From positions 248,001 to 312,000 of the forward strand of contig CM061252.1 in the NCBI GenBank assembly GCA_022605425.2: a stretch of DNA of 64,000 nucleotides. The letters are read 5' to 3'. This stretch comes from Hamiltosporidium tvaerminnensis FI-OER-3-3 (Eukaryota > Fungi > Microsporidia). Shown in pieces: positions 52,708-63,141 of this stretch. The translations under genes and the position numbers were made by a program. Under the pieces are notes generated by a model, which saw only the letters and a program-made list of their open reading frames with translations, was not told where the DNA came from and searched no databases. Each line of letters starts with the position of its first letter. The stretch's first letter is position 1.

Positions 52708-52905
52708 TTAGCAGCAACCGCATCCACCACAGCCGCAGTTACATTGACCACCTCTGCCTCCAGAACATCCACAGCCACCACCTCCGCAAGCTTGACATCC
52801 GTTACCCCCACACCCTTGACATCCACCATACCCTCCATTTCCTCTGTACCCTCCATATCTTGAGCAAAAGGCCACATTCAAATTCATAAAATTCTTCAAA
52901 ATCAT
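52708..52905 (-). CDS. Small Gly/Cys-rich protein, copy A (could start at 52956)
   Basis: MILKNFMNLNVAFCSRYGGYRGNGGYGGCQGCGG...CNCGCGGCGCC*; frame preserved in the second copy despite indels. Confidence 0.7.
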   Translation of the reverse strand: MILKNFMNLNVAFCSRYGGYRGNGGYGGCQGCGGNGCQACGGGGCGCSGGRGGQCNCGCGGCGCC

Positions 52906-53350
52906 GAATATAGTGATTATTTTAGAAAACAAGAAAAGAATAGAATTTTTGTTCATTATTCCGAATAATTTAGATATATAAATACTTTCAAAAAAAAATG
53001 GACTAACAGTTTTTTACAAAAAAATAATAATTTTTTATTAGCTTATACATTTATAAAGTTACCTATAATTTTATAATTGAAATATAAGTTATCTTTATTT
53101 TTATATTCTCCTTACAAAAATACCAATGTTTTTCCTAATTTTTTTTGTCTCAATAATTTTCTTCTAAAAACACAAATGATTTTTTTTAAAATTTACAATT
53201 TTTTTATTCGTTAGTTTAACCTTTACCTACTGACCATTAAAAATAATTTTTTAGTTTCAAAAATCTTTCCCTCTAATATCATAAACTTATATCTTATATC
53301 ATAAACTTATATCTTATTATAATATCATATACTTATATCATATTTTTATT

Positions 53351-54068
53351 TTAAAGTATCACATCTTTTTTAAAACAGTGGCAAGTGTTATTTTGTTTTT
53401 ATGACATTAACGCCGTTCTAGGTTCAACATAAATGACTGCTACCCCAACACTCCATCAGTAACCCCTACGATACCTACGTCTCATAGCCTTTCATCTACC
53501 AGGTGTTAGAACCTAAATAATAGGCGAGGCAGTTGTGCGAGTTTGTTAATTTCGGTTTCATGGAGTGTGATCGAAAGCCGAAACCTTCCCTGGGCTCCCC
53601 TATACGTTGCAGCATTCCCACTTATTCTACACTTTCTGAACCCAATAAACTTCTAGCTGAGATATATTTCAGAGACTTACATGGGGTCCACCTAGACAGT
53701 GCAATGTCATACCAACAGGTATAACCTGCTACTTAGCTCTCCCGGCTTTTAATGGTTTTTATTTTCATATCTCCCAGGCGCTAAGTCATCTAACCCGAGT
53801 GAGCAAGGCTAGGTTTCCATACTTTTACATGGCAATTACCTACATTTTCAGCTGCGGTCTGCGCGCTGTTAAATAAAAAAACACAAATAAATTTGTAGAA
53901 AAAGTTTCTCCATTTCGTAGACATCTTTTCCTCATAACAACTCCTATAGAACAACCGAAGATGTAGTGTGGTTTTATTCCAACAAAAAATCTAAACGATG
54001 ATTTATAAATAAATCTCATGTACAAATTTCCAAGCAGATTGGTAATTTATGTGGTTATCCTCTCTCCA
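53351..54068 (-). mobile_element. Structured SINE-like repeat, copy 2
   Basis: Family similarity; ACTTATATCATAT direct repeat at 53331-53343 and 54071-54083. Confidence 0.88.
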
Positions 54069-54716
54069 AAACTTATATCATATACTTACATCTTATTACA
54101 ATATCTTATACAAATTATACTTCAATATTTTAAAAATATTTTGTTAAATAATTATTTTGGTTTCATCTTTTTTATTTTTACCTTTTGAGTTATTTACTTC
54201 TTTCTTTCTCTTCATAATAAATTTTTTCAAATGTATATTATGGTTTTATCTTTACATATTTATCTTATTTTCTTTCTCTTCTTTATAGATTTTGTACTTA
54301 TCTTTCTTTGGTTAAATTTTCTCTCCTTTCGACTTTTATAAATTCCTTTCTTTCCTTCTCTTCATTCTTTATAAAAATCTTTTAAATTTTAGTCTGGTTA
54401 CAACTTTTTATAAATTTACTTCTTTCTTTCCTTCTTTCATTCTTTGTAAATATCTCTTAAATTTATTCTGATTAGATCTTCCTATATTTCTTTCCTTCCC
54501 CGTCTTCATTCTTTATAAATATATATTTTAAATTTATTCTGATTGAATCTTTCTATATTTCTCTTATATTTCTTTTTTTAAAAAATATATTTCGTACTAA
54601 AAATATCTCTTAAATCCGAATATTTTTATCTTAAATTTTTAGTAAAATAACGAATTTAAAAAAAATAAAAATTTTTCCATTTTTTTTTAAATTTAACAAA
54701 ACCGAATATCCCTGTT

Positions 54717-55269
54717 ATGACAGTAGAAAAGGTAAGTAAAGAAAAATATCTAATTTAAGAAAAATCCGATGAAAGAAATATCAATATTCAAACTAACAAT
54801 AAACATGTGTGTGGGTGAAAGTGGTGAAAAGCTAAACCGAGGAGCAAAAGTGCTTGAACAGTTGACCGGTCAAAAACCAAAATTTTCAAAAGCAAAAGTT
54901 ACCATTCGATCTTTTGGTATTCGACGTAATGAAAAGATTGCGTGCTATGTCACTGTTAGTGGTGAAAAGGCTAGAAATATTCTTCAAAATGCTTTAAAAG
55001 TAAAAGAATTTGAGCTTCCTGCTCGATGTTTCAGTAGTTCTGGTACGTTTGGATTCGGTATACAGGAACATATTGATTTAGGAATGAAATATGATCCATC
55101 TATTGGTATTTTCGGAATGGATTTCTGTGTTATGCTTGGTAGACCCGGTTTCAGAGTTTCACGAAGAAAAAGATGTAAATCCGTTGTTGGAAAAAAACAT
55201 CGAATCGGTAAAGATGAAGCAGCTAAGTGGTTTGTCGAGAATTATGATGGAATTATTTTAAATAAATAA
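54717..55269 (+). CDS. RPL11: 60S ribosomal protein L11 (uL5); exon 1 54717-54731, exon 2 54760-55269
   Basis: [62 protein letters not shown]; splicing gives in-frame [12 protein letters not shown]; ATCCCTGTTATG start. Confidence 0.97.
54732..54759 (+). other. 28-nt spliceosomal intron
   Basis: GTAAGT...CTAATTTAAG; removal restores the frame and the conserved NPM motif. Confidence 0.9.
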
Positions 55270-56215
55270 TTTCTTAGTTTTTTAAATTCCTTTATATCTG
55301 ATTCTTTACAAATCTATTATTTTTGATCTTCTAAGTAATTCTTTGAAATTAATTTTTTTTAATTCTATACTGTGATCCTTATAAATTTCATTATTTGAAA
55401 TATATTATGGGATCCTTTGTAAATTTTATTATTTTAAATCTATTATGTGATTCATTATCAATTTTAAATTTTAAATCTATTTAGTGATTCCTTAGAAGTA
55501 TTTTTTTTTCTAATTTATTTTAAAAACGAATTATTGAAGTTTTCCAATTTTTTTAATATCAATCATAATTTTTGATTCAAAATATACTTTTAAAGATTCT
55601 TCTACTTAATACATAAATTTAAAATATCATTTATTTACAAAAAAGCTTTTTTAATTTATATTTATCGCCTTAAATCTACCTTTTTTACTGTTTTATTTAA
55701 ATCGTATTTTATATTTTACTATTATTCTACAGTTTCTATGTCGATGCTATTAGTTGGTCTACGAATTGAATTATGGTATTTCGAAGGTTTTTTCGTACTT
55801 GTTAGAATTTGGAGGTTACCTGTACTGAGAATATGAATTCTCCTACCATCTTAATTCCCGGTATAACTACTAATAATGGTGTTTCTCAACTTATAATGTA
55901 ATTTTGATTTAACTTATCTCTTTTTTTTGTTCAAAAAAATACTTTTGTGTTTTTGAGTGGTCTATACTGAAGTAAACCTTATTATCACTGATATTATAAA
56001 CTTATTAAGGTATATTTTACAGTATTTAGTTGCAACGTTATTTTACATTATAAATTATCAGAAAATCACATTACTTATAAACAAAGAGCCAATTAATTTT
56101 CCTAGATATCTTAGTTCGTTGTTTTTTCTTTTCAAAAATCCTAAAACAAAACCTTGAAACTTTTTTTTCTTAAAAACTATAATAAAATTGAGTTAATACC
56201 TAAAAATTTTTTTCA

Positions 56216-56940
56216 TTTAAAAGTATCACATCTTTTTTAAATAGTGGCAAGTGTTATATTTGTTTTCATGACATTAACGCAGTTCTAGGTTTAACATAAA
56301 TAACTGCTACCCCAACACTCCATCGGTAACCCCTACGATACCTACGTCTCATAGCCTTTCATCTACCAGGTGTGTAGAACCTAAATTAATAGGCGAGGCA
56401 GTTGCCCGGAGTTCGTTAAAATTCGTTGCATGGAGTGTGATCGAAGGCCGAAGCCGCCCTGGGCTCCCCTATACTATGCAGCATTCCCACTTACTCTACA
56501 CTTTCTGAACCCAATAAACTTCTAGCTAAGATATATTTCAGAGATTTACATGGGGTCCACCTAGACAGTGCAATGACATACCAACAGGTATAACCTGCTA
56601 CTTAGCTTCTCCTGGCTTTAAATGGTTTTTTTGTTTTGTATCTCCCAAGCGCTAAGTCTTCTAACCCGAGTGAGCAAGACTAGGTTTCAATGCTTTTACA
56701 TGGCAATTACCTACATGTTCAGCTGCGGTCTGCAATCTGATTACATAAAAAACTACAAATAAATTTGTAGAAAAAGTTTCTCCATTTCTTAGACCTCTTC
56801 TCTTCATAACAACTCTCATGGAACAACCGAAGATGTAGTGTGGTTTTATTACCACAAAAAATCTAAACGAGGATTTATAAATAAATCTCATGTACAAATT
56901 GCCAAGCAGAAGGTTTTTTATGTGGTTATCCTCCCTCCAC
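56216..56940 (-). mobile_element. Structured SINE-like repeat, copy 3
   Basis: Family similarity; A7 tail on the minus strand; 13/15 direct repeat AGTTAATACCTAAAA (56191) / AATTAATATCTAAAA (56943). Confidence 0.88.
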
Positions 56941-57136
56941 GTAATTAATATCTAAAATCAATATATAAATTATATTATGTCTAATTAAAACATTAATTTT
57001 TATTCGAATACTTACTCATATATTCCCCACATCTATTCAATAATTCATTGAATAAAATGACTATTAATTGATTTCTCGAACTTTAACTTAATTTGCAAAA
57101 AAAATAAATCTGTATATCAATGTATTATTAAATAAG

Positions 57137-57860
57137 GTGGAGGGAGGATAACCACATAAAAAACTTTCTGCTTGGCAATGAGTGTGTGAAACTGGTGTGA
57201 GATCATTGTTTGGATTTTTGGTGGTAATAAAACCACACTACATCTTCGGTTGTTCCATGAGAGTTGTTATGAGGAGAAGAGGTCTAAGAAATGGAGAAAC
57301 TTTTTCTACAAATTTATTTGTAGTTTTTTATGTAATCAGATTGCAGACCGCAGCTGAAAATGTAGGTAATTGCCATGTAAAAGCATGGAAACCTAGCTTT
57401 GCTCACTCGGGTTAGAAGACTTAGCGCCTGGGAGATATAAAAATTAAAACCATATAAAGCCAGGAAAGCTAAGTAATAGGTTATACCTGTTGGTATGACA
57501 TTGCACTGTCTAGGTGGACCCCATGTAAGTCTCTGAAATATATCTTAGCTAGAAGTTTATTGGGTTAGAAAGTGTAGAATAAGTGGGAATGCTGCATAGT
57601 ATAGGGGAGCCCAGGGGGGGCTTCGGCCTTCGATCACACTCCATGCAACGAATTTTAACGAACTCCGGGCAACTGCCTCGCCTATTAATTAGGTTCTACA
57701 CACCTGGTAGATGAAAGGCTTTGGGATGTAGGTATCGCAGCGGTTACTGATGGAGTTTTGGGTAGCAGTTATTTATGTTAAACCTAGAACTGCGTTAATG
57801 TCATGAAAACAAATATAACACTTACCACGGTTTTAAAAAAGATGTGATACTTTTAAATAA
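57137..57860 (+). mobile_element. Structured SINE-like repeat, copy 4 (inverted relative to the others)
   Basis: Reverse complement of the other copies; begins GTGGAGGGAGGATAACCAC; TTATTAAATAA at 57125-57135 and 57866-57876. Confidence 0.88.
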
Positions 57861-58279
57861 AATATTTATTAAATAATATTATTAATCTATCTATCCAATA
57901 TATTAAATTAATATTAGTATTAAATGAATATTTATAATTTTAAAAAGCTTCAAACAAATATTTTAAATTATCTGATAGGATGTATATTGAAGATGATCTA
58001 TAATAAACTCAATATTAAATGTTTCTATTCTCTTGATAAAATTATTATTTAAGATAACGAAGTATGATGTGGTTTTAAATTGATTATTCCAACTGTAATA
58101 TAATATTAAGATTATGTTTGAGTAATAGAATGTATAATTTTGAGTTTTTAATCGTAATTAAAATATATACTATAAACAGAAACCGAGATAATGAATAAAT
58201 AAAAACCTAATTAAGATATCTAAATGTATATAATGGTATATATGATGCATTAAGGTGTATCAAGGTATATGAAGGAATT

Positions 58280-58605
58280 TAAAGGAATGTAAAGAATACT
58301 AAATAAATGTAAAGAAATATAAAGAAATTTAAATAAATGTAAAGAAATGTAACTAAATGTAAAGAACTGTAGAAGAATGTAAAGAAATATAAAGAAATGT
58401 AAATAAATGTAAATAAATGTAAATAAATGTAGAAGAATGTAAAGAAATGTAAAGAAATGTAAAGAAATGTAAATAAATGTAAATAAATGTAGAAGAATGT
58501 AAAGAAAGGTAAAGAAATATAAAGAAATGTAACTAAATGTAAAGAACTGTAGAAGAATGTAATCAAATATAAAGAAATGTAAAGAAATGTAAAGAAATGT
58601 AAAGA
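58280..58605. repeat. 10-bp minisatellite (AAAGAAATGT)n, ~30 units
   Basis: 10-bp periodicity with variants AAATAAATGT, AGAAGAATGT, AACTAAATGT. Confidence 0.95.
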
Positions 58606-58709
58606 TACTTTGATTATCAATGGCATTCAAATAATTCAATAAAAGAAGAAAATTTGTGATTTAAAAAAACAAAGATAAAAAATAAAATATGTTTAGGTAT
58701 GTCTTTTAA

Positions 58710-59156
58710 TCATACTTCGTCTATTTTTTGTTTAATACCGTCTGATGCCTTTTGTGCTTTACTTTTAATATACTTTTTAACGTTTCCTTGTGCTGCAGCT
58801 ATTCTGTTAGAAACACCGGTTTCGGCTTTTTTGTATCTCCTTTTGAAACCACGACCCATTTTCTTAGCAGAATTTTTAGTTATGTTGGCTGCGTCGTTAA
58901 TTGCGTCTCCAATTTTTCCCCCAGAATTTTGCAAATGTTGTATTGTATCTTTATAAGAATCGCGTACCGTTCGAACTGTTCTCCCAAACATTCCTTTCCG
59001 TTTCTCTTTAGACGGTTCTGATAGTGGATCCGGTTCATAAACTTGCGAATCAGTTGAATTTATAGCCACTGGTGTACGTAATGCTTGTGTGACCACAGCT
59101 TCACACGGAATACATAAAACCGACATAAAAACTCCCAGATATACAATCAAACCCAT
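58710..59156 (-). CDS. Putative secreted basic protein, 148 aa
   Basis: Signal-like MGLIVYLGVFMSVLC; ATG start, normal composition; Lys/Ala-rich amphipathic-looking C-half. Confidence 0.7.
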   Translation of the reverse strand: MGLIVYLGVFMSVLCIPCEAVVTQALRTPVAINSTDSQVYEPDPLSEPSKEKRKGMFGRTVRTVRDSYKDTIQHLQNSGGKIGDAINDAANITKNSAKKMGRGFKRRYKKAETGVSNRIAAAQGNVKKYIKSKAQKASDGIKQKIDEV

Positions 59157-59594
59157 GGATAGCCATTTTTTACAATATTTATATCTCCAAAATATACCAT
59201 ATATAGAAACCTATTATATTACTCCTTTTTTTTTGATTGATACCAATTATACAATTTGACAATTATTTAATATAGATTATCATTAATTTAATTTTATTTA
59301 ATAATTGATTTTACTGGTTATCTTTCTTATTATCTTAAATGTTTCATACAGATAAATAATTTGATCAAAATTTTTTTTCCTCTCTTAAAATATTATTAAA
59401 ATTAATTTTTTATAATTTTAATTAAGGAAATATATAATTGAAATAAAATATTTTTCTAATTAAAATCTGGTTTACTAAATTTCGTCTCTTTTATACATTA
59501 TTTATACGCTTTTTATACTTATTCTTATATACTACTCTTAATATTAGTTCTTATATAGTTTCTTAGCACATTTTTTATACCATTCTTGCATACT

Positions 59595-59745
59595 TTATTA
59601 ATACTACTTCCTATAGATTCTCCCCTATAACCATTTCTTATACTCCTTCCTATATATTCTCCCATATAACCATTTCTTATACCACTTCCTATAGATTCTC
59701 CCATAAAACCATTTCTTAATAACACTTCTCACATAACCATTTCCC
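59595..59745. repeat. 39-bp tandem repeat x3-4
   Basis: CTTCCTATAGATTCTCCC.TATAACCATTTCTTATAC recurring. Confidence 0.8.
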
Positions 59746-59834
59746 AATATATGCTTAATACTACTTCTTATATACATATTCTTATATAGTACTTTCTAAT
59801 ACATCCTAAATTATAATTTAAATTCTTTATTATT

Positions 59835-60527
59835 TTGATTATCTAATCCTATTTTTTTAATTTAGATCGAATATATTTCAAAAAAAATATTTCAAAAAAA
59901 ATTTTTTTTAATAAAATTCTGGGTTAACAAATTTTTCTCTTTTCTAAATAATTCTTCCCACCATTTCAACCACTTCTATTTCTTCCTCCAACTTCAACTC
60001 TTCATTTGTATTAGTTGATGGTTCCTTTGCTGTGGTTATGCCATCAAAAATAAGGGGTAAAATATTTTTTGTATTTTCAGTTTTAACATCATCTTCTTCA
60101 GTCGTCTACTTGCTTTAAAGGGAGTATTGGTTGTTTATGCATCTCAGCTCCTAAAATAACACTTAATGATGCACTCTCCCAGCTCTCTTCGGCATTTGGT
60201 TCAGACTCAAGTACTCTTCGTCGATCAAAAGAAATTGTTTCGACTGTCTTCTTGAGTACTATGGATTGTATATATGCTTCTACATTTATGGGTATTTGCA
60301 GTCTCTTAACATAAGTCTTATGGTATTTTATCACAATACCGTCCCAGGTCATCACATAAGGAATTATCTCTACACTGCATTTATAAATAAGACCTAACTC
60401 ATTAGCTAATAGATCATACTTATAAGCTTCTCTGTTTTAACTATTGGAAGAGAGTCTTATGATGTGATTCCTACTTCAATGAGGGTTATCCTATTCTGGC
60501 TTTTGTCTAAAATAAATATATCTGGTC
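59835..60527 (-). mobile_element. 5'-truncated R4-clade LINE 3' end (duplicate of 50098-50780)
   Basis: ORF 60098-60355 MTWDGIVIKYHKTYVKRLQIPINVEAYIQSIVLKKTVETISFDRRR is the RLE C-terminus; same truncation point. Confidence 0.9.
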
Positions 60528-62459
60528 GCTTACACTAAAACATAAATATATATAAGAATATAAATATAAATTTGTATGAAAGAATATAAACGTATTTTAT
60601 AATACCCAATTTTCTTCTATACAATTCTTATGATATTTTTCCTCAATACTCTATTCATTATTTAGTAACGTGAAATTAATGCGAACAAATTGTTCAAAAA
60701 TAGTCTAATTATTTTCCTTAGAAACATTTTTGAACTTCGTATTCCTGGTATTTTGTTTGTAAAAAAGCTCATTACGAGAATTCAAAGTCTTAAAAGAACA
60801 TTTAATTTTTATGATAAATACCTGTTTAGGTTTCTAATTTAGTATGATATCTAGTTTTGTACCTTTCTGAGAATGTAATATTTTCCGGTTCTAACCCAAT
60901 TCTAATATTTACATGTATTACTGAAGTGGCAAATAATAGCCTGGTAAAAACTGTTACCAATAACAATTCTTTTCTAAACGATCATCATTATCAAAAATAT
61001 TTGTTTCACATAAAAATTTAAAAAAATTGTTTATCTTTTATTTCGGTTCCATCTTTTTTATACCATGCTTGTGCTAAAGCCTTTTTCAATCTTACTAGGG
61101 ACACGAGTAAACCGCCAATAACTTGATTTCGATAAAGATTGCACTTATATAATATTACATTCATTTAGAAATCGATAGTTTAACATAAAGAGTTTTAATA
61201 CCTTTGCAAGAGACATTTAATTGTTTGATTTCCTGTTTGAAGTTATATTTGAGTTTGCGGATGTTGATACCGAATAGGGTTTCTTAAAATATTAAAATCT
61301 ACACAAATTTTTACAAATATAATCGAAAAGTATTTTTAATTTCTGAATGCAGCATTCAGGTGGTCTTTCTTTGGTAATCGGTTCGTGAAAGTATTATACA
61401 ACGTGTCCGCTAGATTTTGTTTGCACATGTACAGCCAAAGCCATAATTTGAGTCAACTTCATTGCAGAATCAACTTTATATGAAGTTATTTTTGATTCCT
61501 TGGGTGATTATTGATCTATTAAATCAATAATAATATGTTACCTTGGTCTTTTTGCTGTTACAAATCGTAGATTATCAGATCCTTTGGAAAAGCAAAGGCA
61601 TTACGAAGCTTAAACGTTTCAATACCAAATTATTATTTCTTAAATATCTAACCATATGTATCCCTTTCTAGATCGAACTGAATATTGCTATTATTCTGAT
61701 TCGGATTTTAAAAGAACCCTGTAAATATTTCCGGATGAGACTCATAATAAACATCTTAGGTGGCTTTTAAATCCTTTCTCCATTCCTTTTCTTACGTTTT
61801 TATCCTTGTTTGGAAAAAGCTTTACATCTTCATAAAATTCTTTTTTAGAACAATTTATAATAAAGCTTAATTGTCACAGTTTAAATTGTCGTTTCTTTCT
61901 TTTATCCTAGTCGATGTAATTTTTTTTGATTTGCTTATTACCACCAAAAGTTTATAAAAAGGAGTTTTCAACTACCACTTATGTTTGTTAAGAAAAATAC
62001 AAACAAAAATTTTTCAAGCCGTTTGGTTTTATCAATGTTTTTAAATTTATAGCAGATTCTATTTTTATTTTTATAGTAAGTTAAGGAAAAGGTGAGCAAT
62101 AGAATACGAGTTTGATTATTATTTATGTTCCTAATTTTCATATAATTACTTAAAAATTATAGTTAGACTATTTTGATCTTTCTTCAGATTTCTAACAAGA
62201 ACCACAATAAAGTAGGAAATATATTTTTTGAGAATTATCTTTAGCAAAAAAAATTCATAGAGTTAAAAAGCTTTAAAATAAAAGGCTAATATTTGAAAAG
62301 GGTCATATTTTTTGTGTTTAAAACGTACATTTTTACAGAACTTAAGAATTTTTTTGTAGGAATATATTTAAACAACTTTATAATATGTAGTTCGAATTAG
62401 GAAAAAAAATATTTAAATCATAAAAAGCTAAATTTGTTTGTGACCTTTAATTAAAGAAC

Positions 62460-62717
62460 TTAGCAGCAACCGCATCCACCACAGCCGCAGTTACATTGAC
62501 CACCTCTGCCTCCAGAACATCCACAGCCACCACCACCGCAGTTACATTGACCACCTCTGCAACCATAACATCCACAGCCACCACCTCTGCAAGCTGGACA
62601 TCCGTTACCCCCACACCCTCGACATCCACCATATCCACCATACCCTCCGTTTCCTCTGTACCCTCCATATCTTGAGCAAAAGGCCACATTCAAATTCATA
62701 AAATTCTTCAAAATCAT
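62460..62717 (-). CDS. Small Gly/Cys-rich protein, copy B (longer by internal repeats)
   Basis: Same protein with an extra GGY and a second GGGGCGC.G.RGGQCNC module, all in frame. Confidence 0.7.
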   Translation of the reverse strand: MILKNFMNLNVAFCSRYGGYRGNGGYGGYGGCRGCGGNGCPACRGGGCGCYGCRGGQCNCGGGGCGCSGGRGGQCNCGCGGCGCC

Positions 62718-63141
62718 GAATATAGGAAATTATTTTAGAAAACAAGAAAAGAATAGAATTTTTTTTCATTATTCAGAATAGTTTAGATATATAAATACTT
62801 TCAAAAAAAAAAATGGACTAACAGTTTTTTACAAAAAAATAATAATTTTTTATTAGCTTATACATTTATAAAGTTACCTATAATTTTATAATTGAAATAT
62901 AAGTTACCTTTACTTTTATATTCTGCTCAAAAAATACCAATGTTTTTACTAATTTTTTAAGTCTCAATAATTTTTTTTTAAAAACACAAATGATTTTTTT
63001 TAAAATTTACAATTTTTTTATTCGTTAGTTTAACCTTTACCTACTGACCATTAAAAATAATTTTTTAGTTTCAAAAATCTTTCCCTCTAATATCATACAC
63101 TTATATCTTATTATAATATTTATACTTATATCATATTTTTA

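Larger units (their letters stand above)
50098..54110. repeat. ~4-kb direct duplication, copy A
   Basis: Near-identical to 59835-63920 by direct reading, offset ~9.75 kb. Confidence 0.95.

Noticed and set aside
52695-52877. Alternative-frame ORF MWPFAQDME... (also 62447)
   Set aside because: Non-ATG start; shadow of the Gly/Cys ORF
53351-54068. Element as rRNA, 5S, tRNA or telomerase RNA
   Set aside because: No universal rRNA or tRNA motifs recognised; CTAACCC words lie on the non-supported strand; dispersed divergent copies do not fit
53533-57415. Short ORFs inside the repeat (53533, 53840, 56661, 57182)
   Set aside because: Starts and frames are not conserved across the five copies, and frame-breaking indels are common
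57137-57830. Hammerhead, twister or HDV ribozyme in the element (CTGATGG, GTGGAGGG, TAACACTTGCC, GGGCAAC)
   Set aside because: No CUGANGA core, and I could not build complete twister or HDV folds by eye; needs a descriptor or covariance-model search
58250-58639. Phe/Leu/Tyr-rich ORFs
   Set aside because: Translations of the 10-bp minisatellite
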